The notes beneath the pieces were generated by a model. That model worked only from the letters and a program-made list of their open reading frames with translations, did not search any database and was not told the DNA's origin. A stretch of DNA of 64,000 bases from Alloascoidea hylecoeti. Taxonomy: Eukaryota. Each line of letters starts with the position of its first letter. Within the stretch, counting starts at the first letter, position 1. Shown in pieces: positions 19,860-31,963 of this stretch. The stretch lies in NCBI GenBank assembly GCA_001600815.1, contig BCKZ01000001.1:1036613-1100612 (forward strand), read 5' to 3'. Position numbers and translations under genes: made by a program.

Positions 19860-21549
19860 TTAAAAAATAATAGGATCAATGATAGTTCTTCCAAGCTGCC
19901 CAGTATTTGTTTGATTAAGGACTCTAAATCTCTTACGACCAATAGTTGGAGTAGTATTCAATGAATCTTCTCCATTCTCATCACCCATAGTAACATCTCC
20001 ATCTGCAAAATCTTCCAATTCCCAATCAGCATTAGTATTTATATATTTACTCTTTAATAATGGTAATGATAATGAATATTTTGTAAAAGCAGGCTTTAAA
20101 GAAGTTTTTTGATTTGATTTTAATGATTCGTATTTTGGAAATTTAAATGAAAAATCCAATTGAGAATTTAATTGAGAATTTAAATAAGAATTTCTAATTA
20201 AACCAGAAGAACCGAATTTATCAGTTTTAGGAGATTTATTAGTAATTCCATTAGTATTTGAATTAAATCCCAGTTGAGAGTAATTAATGTTTGTTGATGA
20301 AGAAGAACCTATACCATAAGTATAAGACTGAGCTCTATTTAGTTTACTACTTTTTCTGAAACGGTCCATTTCTTTTTCACATGTTTTCGAATGTTGCTCA
20401 TCGTTCATTTCAACGTATTTTTGTGGAAAACAACGAAATGACCAATTTTTAAAAAACGTTTTATAACCACCCTGTAGAATTAATATGTTCGGATAGTTGA
20501 GATGAGGATAATTTCCAACGTTTAGATTACGATCGCATTTTCTTAGATGCACTGCCATCAAAGGACCACGATGGGAACTGAATTCACAATGAAATATCAA
20601 AAGTGGTGGAGATTTATAATGTTGTCGCTGAAACAGTATTTTTTCTAGTTTTGAATGTTCACTTATGTTAATTGCTGAATCGATATGACCACCTCTATAT
20701 TCATACTCAAATCTACAATCAATTATAATGTGTTTTGAGTATAAATGGTTAAATTTACCATCCAATATATCACATAATGTATCACCATCTATTCTTTTCA
20801 ATGGATCTGATTCAATAGTGAAATGATCAATTGGGCAATCATCTCTATCTAAGAACGATATTGGACCATCTGTTTGTGAATGATTTTGATGATCATTATT
20901 ATCCAAGCATGATGATGATGTTTTCCTAGTGTTTTTGTCATTGACTTCGGAATCAACAACTTCTTGGGATTTTTGGAACATTGAGTGAGTTCTTCTCATT
21001 TTTGATCTATTTCTGTAAAATTTCACACAACTTGTTCTATCACCATAAATTGAACGGCGTTCCATTTTTTTAACGATAGGAGATCTTAAAACGCCATCAG
21101 AGTCATTATTATTTACGATCCGATTCGAAACAGGTGATTCAGCGCATAGCATATCGATTTCAGTGGAGGCGTCAGATAGTGATGATTCTTTAAAGTCTGG
21201 AACAATTGGCTTATTTGAAATAAATGAATTTGGTGAAGGAATAGTTGCTTTTGAGAGGGACAATGATCTTGAAAATAATTTATTGACTTTTCTGTTTCTT
21301 TAGAGAGAGAAAAAAAAAAAGGTTAGCAAAAATAATATTTAGTACCACAGATCTAAGAAACCTAATTAACAGAACATACCCTTGAATTGGTCCCAAACAA
21401 GTAGAAGACCTAGTATATCTTCTTCGATATTTCCTACAGCTATTATTCAAAATGTAGATATTTTCTTTATTGCTCGAATCAAAATCAGATGAGAAGGAAG
21501 AAGCAGAAGAGGTACTGCCAATTGAGTATAATAAATTCAGTTCATTCAT
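19860..21549 (-). CDS. MIH1: Cdc25-family M-phase inducer phosphatase, 2 exons (21549-21380, ~21291-19860)
   Basis: IIDCRFEYEYRGGHI and HCEFSSHRGP catalytic motifs. The intron has donor GTATGT at 21379, branch GCTAAC (~21327-21322) and in-frame AG acceptors. The start codon is uncertain. Confidence 0.88.
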
Positions 21550-23949
21550 TTTTGGAATAGATAGAACCAAAGATGAAGTTGTTGATAGAGAGGGAAAATT
21601 ATATGAATATGAATAAGAATATGAATAAGAATATGAATAAGAATATGAAGAAATTGATTTGTGAGGTTAATGTAGAATATTTAACAAAAGCAATGTGTTA
21701 ATAAAACAACTTTAAATATTAACAAAGAAATATATCTTTAAAGTTGCTGACAGATAAGGGGAACAGTCTAAATATAAGAAGATTTTTATATTATCTAACC
21801 AAAATGAATATCTCAGATAACAGTCCTGTGATTTGTTCTGTGATTTGGTCTGTGATTTTTTATGTGATTTGTTCTGTGATCTAACGGTTGTACCGTTCCG
21901 GATTGTGATCTGTCAATTCTCTATAGTGAACATATAATGTTGTGTTTTAGTCTGTTTTGGATATCGGGGATCAAGCAGACGTATGTCCCTGCCTGCACAG
22001 ACACCTTAAACATTAAAATGCAAAAATATTTATACTAAAATAACTATTAATTGTGAAATTTCAACTTCGATAACACCTCTTTAGTTTCTACTTATGAGAC
22101 TTAATTATAATCTCAGCTATGCGATCTTTCCTTTGAATCTGGATCAAGATAGCGATCCTGATTTCCATCTTACTAAACTATTACCTCACTTGACTGTCGT
22201 TGTTTTGCTCCAATTGTTTAAAACTACTGCAAGGTTATTAATTGAAAATAACTCGCTCAAGTTAATTTAATGCAGGGTAAATCATATTTTATAGAATACA
22301 TGTCAGGTGACGTATCCTTCTCAAAAAGGTATTCTTATGACAATGGAACTCCATCGCTGATTACTAACTTATATTTCATCAAATTATTCCGAGTAATACT
22401 AGTAGGATATTGAACTTACCTATTAAAGAAATATATATCAAAACTAACCATTATCTAGCTATTATGCTCGACAAGGTTAGCATAACATTCTGATGGAATC
22501 TGATCCCACCTGCAGCCGATATTTTTATTTAGAAGGATCATCATTTTGGTTATGTGGCTATAGTTTATAATTTATTACTTATATAATAAAAGAAACTCAA
22601 TGGAACAGTACTAGTACAAACATTAAAGTGATTTTGAGTGAAACATATATAATAGATAGCTTTAAAGATGTATAGCTAGTTGTGGTATGGGTCTATTAAC
22701 TAATATAATAGGCTATAATGGATATATAAACTGTTTAAATTTCATCACAAAAACGGTCTTACAATACAACATATCTTTTTAACATCTTCCAATTACACGG
22801 GTTCTAAAATATAATGTTTTTGTTGTCGTGGTATCAGATTTTGTAGATATAAGTTTAAGTTTAAGCTAAGCTTAAGCTTAACCCTTACTTTAGTTTTTCT
22901 CTTTCTTACTATTGTAATCAATGGAAATGGGCTTTATATCAGTACCCCATTCTAAAATAATAATTAAACATGACTTCTACAGCAATAACAAGAATGGTGC
23001 CTATCAGTTCGAATTTGGTATATTGTCGTCATCACCATACAAATATAATACGTTTCTATATTTTTACCTATTAGTCGAAGGAATAAAGTTATCATTGCAA
23101 AAAGAAACATAAAGTAGCCTAACCTAATCCAGAACGAATAAGAATGAGTATTAAACCTAGGTAGCTATATCTGAGCTAGTCCAAAACTATTAGTCTTTAG
23201 CTGGCGATTAAGCTTGACAATATATAAATTTTTCAAAGGAACTTACTTCGTGATTGAACTTTATATTAAATTAATGAACCATGTGCCTAGGGACTTTGGG
23301 AGGCTGTTCTTGAGTTCTTGAGGTGAACTAATCCAGCTATTACAATGCATCTGCATTATATTAGTTATTGAATTGATATACGCATTACGTAGCTATAAGT
23401 TACAGTAGCACTACATGTAGTACACATGAAAATATATCTTCATGATCATGAGGATTGCAAACGTATTAATATTCTTGTTAATACATGTATTTAAGAAGAT
23501 TCATCTATTGATTTTCTGTGGCCTGCAAATTTAACACAATTGAAAGACACCATTGTAGTAAGAACTAAAATATTGAATCTTCTTCGTTGAACTACTATTA
23601 GATATGTTCGTGTAGCTGGATCAAGTCTAAAGTTACGCTTTTCTTTTCGGGCCACCACTCCAAATAACAGTGTAAATATTATAAACACAGCTGCTTAGTA
23701 CTCTAAAAGGCCTTAAAATAACTATTTTTGAAATAGCACATAATGTTCTTTAAATTCTAGGGGGTTCTATTAGTCCATATATAAAATTAAGTTCAGTAGT
23801 TTAGTGTTAGCGCCCTTAACGCCATAAACGACTGGCACTCTAGGGGGCACAGGACCAACCGCTCTATACAGTGAAGTATATATATACAACTACTTTCCAA
23901 ATTCCAGCTTATACGACAAGATTTACTGAACCAGCTTTCTTTATTTATA

Positions 23950-24100
23950 AATATTTTGAGGTTCAAAGGCTTAGCCAGACTGTCACTGAGCATATACCTT
24001 TCTGGATCTAGATCTTGTAACATCCGTCACTGGATACAACATTATAAATGTTCTGAGACTACTCTGATCTATCTTTAGATCATGTCGTTCTGTTCCTTTG
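23950..24100 (-). mobile_element. Possible decayed Ty1/copia RNase H C-terminal fragment
   Basis: Minus frames give TKGTERHDLKI and, after a frameshift, ERYMLSDSLAKPLN. These resemble copia RTKHIDI...DMLADxLTKPL. Confidence 0.33.
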
Positions 24101-25890
24101 GTTAATCTCATTCTGAGAGCCCTTTTACACGCCGTAAATGTTCTGTTTGTTTTTTCGAAATGGTTCTTAGGACGATCTCTGTATGTAGTTGTGTCTTAAA
24201 AAAAAGCGTAACTTTAGACGTGGACAGGTTGTAAGTGCTGAATCTGCTGAAATACTTATATTTATAACTATAAATTGATTAAGATTTTTCAGTTCAGTAA
24301 TTAAATACGTACCTAATTCAAATAACGTTTAGTTTTCTCTTGGCTTCCTGATTGGGGTAGCTACATAAACGACTGGGTAAAATGCAAACTTTTCCTCTGT
24401 TTTTGATGAGGTTATTCTAAAGAGTCATAAATATTATGAAAATGAAACATTCAATATTTCATTCTCAGTTTTCCACTATTATATTAATATTGTGGGAAGT
24501 GAAAAAACATCTTTAAAGTATTTCAGATTGCTCATCAAGGTATAATAATAATAATATAAAACAAATATGTTGCTTTATTTCACTAGCTAGTGTTGTAGCG
24601 CACCATCGGTTTTAATCAACGATAATAGTAGCCATTTTTAAAGTTTATTTTAAATGTTCTGAAGAAATAATTTCTTATTACGTAAATCTACATTATGTAT
24701 GATTTCTCGCAATATAGCCATGCCACTAAATTGTGTAAACAAACAGTTTTTTAAGTCTTTGGTTGCAATATTTTCGATACGTTGGAAATTTATTAGAGTT
24801 ACCTAGGCAACACGTGTTGATGTAATGACATAATCGTTTTTATCAGTGATGGGTAAATTCAAGACCATGTGTAAATACCAGCATGGATATATTTGTTTAC
24901 ATCCAATATAGATCCAATATAGATAAAAATGACAAAGTATCCTAAATCAACTATACGAAGGATTATAAAGAAACACCAATCACGAAGTGTATCAAAAAAT
25001 GTTGATGTCATGGTATGTTTATAAAAAGATAAGGAAAAAGTAAATAAATTAAGATGTCTAATTGGTGATATAGTTACAACTGCATTATCTCTTATTTGTT
25101 CAGAGGTATGATTAATCAAGTTTCAGTTGTATTTTTATTATTAAGAATGCGTTTACTGATGTAACTTATACATTAAGATTAATGGATGAGGCGACCTCAG
25201 AGATGAAAAAGGATGACGACAATAATTTAAAAGGAAGGCATATTGATAAGGTTAAAGAAGTTAGTAGTTTTTTGTCTCCTACTATTGCATTACTTCAAAT
25301 ATATTTACTGACTGTTCTCTTTAGAGTGTTCTACGGGAGTTTCGAGGATAGGTTTTACTATATATCCATGGACTAGAAATTTACATTGTAAAGTACATGA
25401 TATGATTTCAAATTTCAATATAGAACTTGTCACAAAATTGATATTGTTGAAGAATAATTATAAGCAATATATCTGGTTTATAAATTTGTACATAAGGATT
25501 TCAATGATATTGAAATTCTCCTGGTAATGTTTAATGCGGTGGTCAAAATGAGTTTTAAGATCAATTCCACGCCTTTAAGACCCCTCATTTTATCACGGTT
25601 TCATGTCTATTCAAATTCGCACATATTTACAAATAGTTAACGTTAATATTAATGATCAAACATGTGGAAGTAGTTATGGTTTTCGTAAGATTCAATAGGA
25701 CTATGACATAATACTACAAAAAAATATATGATTAATAGCAATTACAAAGTTTGAAACTTATTCTCTACCAGAGTATACAATTAATTGTAACTTCATTATA
25801 AACACCCAAAATATATATGTATATGTGAATCCAAGGAACAGAGGCGAAAAAAACGACATCAAATAAATATTACAATATTATAACTTCAGC

Positions 25891-26283
25891 TTAGTAAACA
25901 AAACCAATAATCTTTCCACCAACATGCTTTCTTCTAGCTTCTTCGTGATCCATAATACCAGCAGAAGTGGTTAAGATTACATAGCCGAATTGACGAGCAG
26001 GTAATAAATTATTAACCCATTTTTCGATATCATCGATTTTAACATTAAACCTTGGAGAAATGACACCACACTTATTTAAACGACCATTAAGCTTAACAAC
26101 AATCTTTCCTGATCTATGATCATCAACATATTCGAATTCATCAATATAACCATGTTTTTGCATGACAGATAGAAATTTGATAATAACTTTTGAAGATGGT
26201 CTAATTAAGACTTGTCTCTTACCAGTTTTTTCGGCATTGTAGATTGATTTTAAAGCATCAGCGAGAACAGAAGTACGTGCCAT
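25891..26283 (-). CDS. RPS22: 40S ribosomal protein uS8 (S22/S15a)
   Basis: 130 aa, [14 protein letters not shown]...[10 protein letters not shown]...GGKIIGFVY. Confidence 0.99.
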   Translation of the reverse strand: MARTSVLADALKSIYNAEKTGKRQVLIRPSSKVIIKFLSVMQKHGYIDEFEYVDDHRSGKIVVKLNGRLNKCGVISPRFNVKIDDIEKWVNNLLPARQFGYVILTTSAGIMDHEEARRKHVGGKIIGFVY

Positions 26284-26295
26284 TTTTAGAGAAAA

Positions 26296-26531
26296 CTAGA
26301 AAACAGTTATATTAGCAAGCTAATCCTCATGAGTATCCTAGATTTAAAAGGAGTCACGAAGTCATCTCAAGAAAGCAACGAGTATAAGCGCAATTCTGAA
26401 TCGTCAATTGCTCATAAATGAGATTTGCGAATTAAGAGAAGAAATAACACAGCAAATATCATTTAGATCACAAAATCAATCGAGCGCACCTATTTCGAGG
26501 ATCCGATGTTGGTAATACCATGATCACATAC
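26296..26531 (-). other. 5'-UTR intron of RPS22 with internal hairpins
   Basis: Donor GTATGT at 26531, branch GCTAAT (~26316-26311) and TAG acceptor at 26298-26296, 12 nt before the ATG. Confidence 0.75.
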
Positions 26532-26613
26532 TTTATAATTATAATTATTTGGTTAATAGTTAAAAGTTTTGGTCGAAAAAAAGCAGAACAGAACAGGTAT
26601 AAATACATGTACA

Positions 26614-26682
26614 CACGTGACAGTTGAATTGTAAAAATGGGGTTTAGCCCTAATATTTGTCTACTTGTCAGACGTTACCCGG
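26614..26682. promoter_or_regulatory. RPS22/UBP2 divergent promoter: Cbf1 (CACGTGAC 26614-26621), Tbf1-type TTAGGGCTA (26645-26653, minus strand), Reb1 TTACCCGG (26675-26682)
   Basis: Exact motif matches clustered just upstream of the RPS22 5' exon. A second TCACGTGA lies near 26848. Confidence 0.65.
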
Positions 26683-26965
26683 CCCAGACGCGAAGCCCCA
26701 ATATTCGTCAATGTTCATAAACACATATTCGCAGCATATAACAATGTAAAATTGACCGTAAACGGTGTTTAATTAGAATATGCAAATATTACTAATTGGC
26801 TATCATTCTTACATTGCCAATTTACGTAATTAAACTGCGAAACACTCATCACGTGATATATGCTTGAAGACACTCTTTTGAGATTTGTGATCATCTTCAC
26901 CACCACCATCGCCGGGATTAGACTACTTCCCAAATCGAGGAAAACAGCAAAATAAAAGGCCTAGG

Positions 26966-29900
26966 ATGGATGACTTAACCCCATCCAACGTTAACGAATT
27001 GATATCCCACTCTAGCATAAGCAATGAACAGGTATCTGGACTTAGATTGGCATCAGAGCCACCTAATCAGACACCCAAAGCCCAATTGCAAAATGTTGCG
27101 TTGCAAGGTAGCATCAATGAATCTACCCTCCAGAAAGCAGGGAGGTCGAGTCCGAGATTAATAGATGATGTTCTAAGACTACTATCAATAAAGCATCCTC
27201 AATCTCAAGAAAATAAGATCTTATCATTACCACCAATTGAATATTCTGACAAGGTCTCTGTTTCACCTCAATATCAATTATGGCAATTTGAACCTCCCCT
27301 GAAGTTTGCCCCAAATCTTGAAATTAAGAGTGATGGAAAAGTACAGATATACAGAGCTTTATTATGTGATACAAAGCCACAAACTTCTACTTTTCCTAAA
27401 TTCTTTCATGTTAAAATCATATTAACAGAATTAAACACTATTCTAAATCCATTTGAACGTCCAATTTATGATTTTCATTATGTTGAAAAATTAAAAATAG
27501 ATGAACCGTTTGTCAAACTAGTTGCTGATGGTGATGGTGATACTGAAATGGAATTAGATCAAGATTTAATTGATTTTTATTCAAAAGCATATCCTGATAT
27601 TATAGAAGAAGCCACCTTTAAATGTTCGATTACTAATGCTATTCTAGAAATATATATATCAAAACCCGAATTTCAAGATCAGGATCTTGAAGAATTCGAA
27701 GACATGTCAATTGATTTAAGATATGCTAAATATTTAAGTAAAATTGACCAAAAATCTGATGAATCATCACTAAATCCGAAAGATCGACATTTATCTGCAA
27801 CGACATATCCAACAAAATCTATGTGTTTTCATACTCTATTTAAAGTTCTAAGAAATCCATTATTACAACAAATTGGAAGTGAAAAGAAAACGATAGCTTT
27901 TGATAATTTGATGCTTAATATAAGGCTGAATCCTGAATTATTAGGTCGACATTTATTTATTGCAAACACTTCAAATGATGAATGGGTACCACCATATTTT
28001 TATGAGCTTGGTACTTTGGAACCAATTGTTCGGGAATCATTTAAAAGAAAAATTTGGGAAACGGTTGGTTTAATAATTTCTTCATGTGCACCAAATGAAC
28101 ATAAACCAATAAATAATGCATTTAATGATGGTATTTTACCATTAAAACAATTATTATCATGTACTGATTTCCTAACTGCTGCTCCTAAAAAGAATTTTAG
28201 ATTACCGCTAAATAATTATGAATATTCAGCTTATGTCAAATTAGGTGCTGTTGAAACATTCAGTGATAATCTTATAATTAAAAGTTATGAATTACAAGCT
28301 AAGAATGATGAAGAAAACATTCCAATATATGCAGATGCAATAAGAGATATTTCACAGATGAGATCAAGCCAAAACTTACAATTTTTCGTTGTTAATTTAA
28401 TGTCATTAGGTGTTCTTACTAAATCTGAAATTGATGAAGCATATAGAGCATTGAATATTGACCCAATAATTACAGAAAATATGACTGATGAAATGATTAT
28501 TGATGCCTATAAACTAACTTCAACAATAAACAATAGTAATAATAACAACAGTAATAGTTCTAAGGAAACTAATCTTAAGGGTTATCTGTCAACACTTGCA
28601 AATGCACGAAAAAGTAAAATTTTAAATGAATATCTCAACAATGAATCGACATCACTAACTTTACAATCGGCTTATGAAATTCTAAATGTTGATGCAATCG
28701 TTGATGATGATGTTATAATTATTGCATATCAAGTTAAACAAGGTGATAATCCAGATGAAAAAACTATAAATGAAAGAGCATTAGTATCAATAGCAGAAAC
28801 AAGAAAAAGTTCATTATTATTAGATTATGTTGAAACGAATATGATTTTATCAAGTGAACCTGTGTCATCACAAGAGGCATTTGCAATTTTGGATGTTGAT
28901 AATACAACTGATGATCTTTCTTTAATTACTGTTTTTCAATTAAGACTTGAAGAATCACCATTAAATATTAGATCATTGAGACATGCTCTGAGATCAATTG
29001 CTATTGAACGAAGTAGTTCATTATTAATAAAATATCTAAAAACTGGTAAAATTGATCATAATGATTTATCTGCTTATGAATGGCCAGTTGGTATGAATAA
29101 TATTGGAAATACATGTTATTTAAATTCTTTACTACAGTATTATTTTACCATTAAACCATTAAGAGAATTATTAATATCATTTGAGGATCCGAATTTTTCA
29201 AAAAGAGCAGATTTACATGATATTAAACTTAATGATAGAAGAATTGGTGGTAGGAAAATTGGTTTAAATGAAGTTAAGAGATCACAACGTTTTGTTATTA
29301 AATTAAATGCATTATTTAATGAATTGACTTTTTCTGATCAAAAATTTATTACACCTGAGAGGGAATTGGCTTATTTAGCTTTTGTACCAACTCAGTCGCA
29401 ACTTGATGCTACTGATAATGATGAAAAGAAAATAGAAGAAATTAAAGTTGATGAAGCACATGTTAAATCAAATGATAATGATGAGATTTCTCAAGATACT
29501 GAAATGACAGATGTAACGGAAACAAATGAAGATTCAGATCAAGGAAATGACGAAAAAGAAAAGAAATTTTCAGATACTAATGCCACAAATAAACGTGTTT
29601 TAGAAAGATCAACGGAAGATGAAAGCCAATCAGATAGTCATAAAAGGCGAAATAGCAATGATACTAAACCAATGGATATAGATATATCTCTTACAGAAGA
29701 TAATGAAATTCAGGATGGTGTTATGATGGTAAGCTCCCCACCAGCGAATGATGGCGATCAAGCTCAAAAACAAGAGATATATGAACCACCTAAAACACAG
29801 ACTAACGGGCAAAATCTTGTTGCTTCCTCAAATACATTAATTGCAGAAAATACCGAGGTTAAGAGTCCCAATTCCAAAGCAACTGAAGAAATGGTCCGTG

Positions 29901-31138
29901 AACCATCCCCTGAGATCAGTCCCGCTGAAATTGACAATGCTCTTGAATTGGGAAGACAGCAAGATGTTACAGAGTGTATTGGTAATGTGTTGTTTCAAAT
30001 TGAATCGGCTTTAAAACCGGATAGTTTTGAAGAGGATGGAGAACAAGTCGATATAGTTAAAGATTTCTTTTACGGTAAAACAAAACAAGAACTAATACCT
30101 TTGGATGGAACAAAACGTGGTTCAAAAAGAGAAAAGTCAGAACGATTTTTAAGTTTGTTAGTAAATGTTGCTGATCATCCACAAAATATCTATGATGCTC
30201 TTGATTCATATTTCCAAGAAGATATTGTGAAATTAGATGATGGTGAATTTAAAAGAAATCTTACTATTACTCATTTACCTCCAATTTTGCAAGTTCAAAT
30301 TCAACGTGTTGGGTTTGATAGAGAAAAGTTAATAGCTGTTAAAAATATCAGCCCTTTGCCGTTTCCTAGATCAATCTACATGGATAGATATTTAGATACT
30401 AATGATGAAGAAATTTTAACAAAAAGAAGTGAAATAATCAGCTTTAAAGTTCGAATTAAAATGTTAAAAAAACGGCTGGAGCATCTTACCGACAGATCAG
30501 TTAATGGAATTGCTCTACGTGATAATTTAGTTACGACAAGGCAATGGTTGAATTCAAAAGATGTTGTTGAAAGCGGATTAAAGATAAAGCCTGAGACTAT
30601 ACATATTTTGGAAAAACAAATTGAAACTGTCAATGTACAAATTGGATCGATCGAAGATAAGATAAAGGCTCTAGAACAACAGGTTAATTCAAGATTTAAA
30701 GAGATGGAAAATTGTAAATACAATATTTTCGCTGTATTTATACATAGGGGTGAAGCAAATTATGGGCATTATTGGGTATATATTCGAGATTTCAAAACAA
30801 ATATTTACAGAAAATATAATGATGAAACAATCACAGAAGTTCCAGAAGATGAAGTTATTAAATCAAAAGAAGGAGATACTGCAACTCCATATTTTTTGGT
30901 ATATGTAAAAGATGGAATGGAAACGGAATTACTAGAACCACTAAAAAGGGTCAAACAGGTACCGGTTGTTAAAAATCACATTTTGGATCTTACCATAGAT
31001 GATGATCATGAGGTTTCTGATAAAAATTCTAATATATCTACACCGGATATTGGCAGTGAAAGCCCAGTCGCTATAGAAATGAAAGATGTAACCCCACCTT
31101 TAATTGATTTAAGCGATGATGTTGAAACGTCCATCTAA
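26966..31138 (+). CDS. UBP2: Ubiquitin-specific protease Ubp2-like
   Basis: Cys box GMNNIGNTCYLNSLLQY, GRQQDVTECIGNV and His box HRGEANYGHYWVY. Repeated AY..LNI/V helical units in the N-terminal part are as in Ubp2. Confidence 0.92.
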   Translation: MDDLTPSNVNELISHSSISNEQVSGLRLASEPPNQTPKAQLQNVALQGSINESTLQKAGRSSPRLIDDVLRLLSIKHPQSQENKILSLPPIEYSDKVSVSPQYQLWQFEPPLKFAPNLEIKSDGKVQIYRALLCDTKPQTSTFPKFFHVKIILTELNTILNPFERPIYDFHYVEKLKIDEPFVKLVADGDGDTEMELDQDLIDFYSKAYPDIIEEATFKCSITNAILEIYISKPEFQDQDLEEFEDMSIDLRYAKYLSKIDQKSDESSLNPKDRHLSATTYPTKSMCFHTLFKVLRNPLLQQIGSEKKTIAFDNLMLNIRLNPELLGRHLFIANTSNDEWVPPYFYELGTLEPIVRESFKRKIWETVGLIISSCAPNEHKPINNAFNDGILPLKQLLSCTDFLTAAPKKNFRLPLNNYEYSAYVKLGAVETFSDNLIIKSYELQAKNDEENIPIYADAIRDISQMRSSQNLQFFVVNLMSLGVLTKSEIDEAYRALNIDPIITENMTDEMIIDAYKLTSTINNSNNNNSNSSKETNLKGYLSTLANARKSKILNEYLNNESTSLTLQSAYEILNVDAIVDDDVIIIAYQVKQGDNPDEKTINERALVSIAETRKSSLLLDYVETNMILSSEPVSSQEAFAILDVDNTTDDLSLITVFQLRLEESPLNIRSLRHALRSIAIERSSSLLIKYLKTGKIDHNDLSAYEWPVGMNNIGNTCYLNSLLQYYFTIKPLRELLISFEDPNFSKRADLHDIKLNDRRIGGRKIGLNEVKRSQRFVIKLNALFNELTFSDQKFITPERELAYLAFVPTQSQLDATDNDEKKIEEIKVDEAHVKSNDNDEISQDTEMTDVTETNEDSDQGNDEKEKKFSDTNATNKRVLERSTEDESQSDSHKRRNSNDTKPMDIDISLTEDNEIQDGVMMVSSPPANDGDQAQKQEIYEPPKTQTNGQNLVASSNTLIAENTEVKSPNSKATEEMVREPSPEISPAEIDNALELGRQQDVTECIGNVLFQIESALKPDSFEEDGEQVDIVKDFFYGKTKQELIPLDGTKRGSKREKSERFLSLLVNVADHPQNIYDALDSYFQEDIVKLDDGEFKRNLTITHLPPILQVQIQRVGFDREKLIAVKNISPLPFPRSIYMDRYLDTNDEEILTKRSEIISFKVRIKMLKKRLEHLTDRSVNGIALRDNLVTTRQWLNSKDVVESGLKIKPETIHILEKQIETVNVQIGSIEDKIKALEQQVNSRFKEMENCKYNIFAVFIHRGEANYGHYWVYIRDFKTNIYRKYNDETITEVPEDEVIKSKEGDTATPYFLVYVKDGMETELLEPLKRVKQVPVVKNHILDLTIDDDHEVSDKNSNISTPDIGSESPVAIEMKDVTPPLIDLSDDVETSI

Positions 31139-31963
31139 TCATATTTCTTCTTATATAATGGAATTTCGGAATGATAAATTAGGAGAATATGGATATTTTT
31201 TATAATTAATTTGCTTTTGTTTAATGATACAACAGTGATATATAGCTATATAAACACCGATAATAAATATTATTATTATATTATTATTAGAAATATACAA
31301 TTCAGTGAATTCACAGCTTGTTTTAAATTTAGATCTAGAAGTTCACACTTACCCAAGAAAGAATTAATAAATAACTTATTCAAATGAACTCTAGACTATA
31401 TTGATACATGATTATAATTTATAATTTATACATTAATTTTAATTGAAGAATATTACCCCACTAATTGAATGCGACATTATGTTATACATGTAAATATTAA
31501 TGATAATTTGATAAATACAACAGCAATATTTATAAAATTATTTTTCAATTTCTATCTGTAGGTAAATCTCAAGCTTAAGCATGTTTCAGTTGCAATTATT
31601 TACAGAATCATACCTGCAGGCTTAACTTTACGAAATTAAACCTCAATTCTAGCTCAATTGGGTCAATTTCAAATGATAAAATGATAATTACAAAACCTTA
31701 ACTACTTCTTAGTATACTCTACTTGAAATTTTACTTTATTAGGCATAATTTAAAAATCAAATAAATATATTGTTCTAAAGATTTATAGGTACTGAGAATA
31801 CCTTCTTGTAGGCGTAAGATTATCTGACAATATCTCGTTCATTTATTAAGTAATTAAAACAATCTAGGCCTTAAAAAAATAGTAGTGTGCAGCTCATAAG
31901 ACAATAAAAATTAAAAATATGATTAATATTATATAAGTACAAAGATAAAAATAAGTCCTAGAT

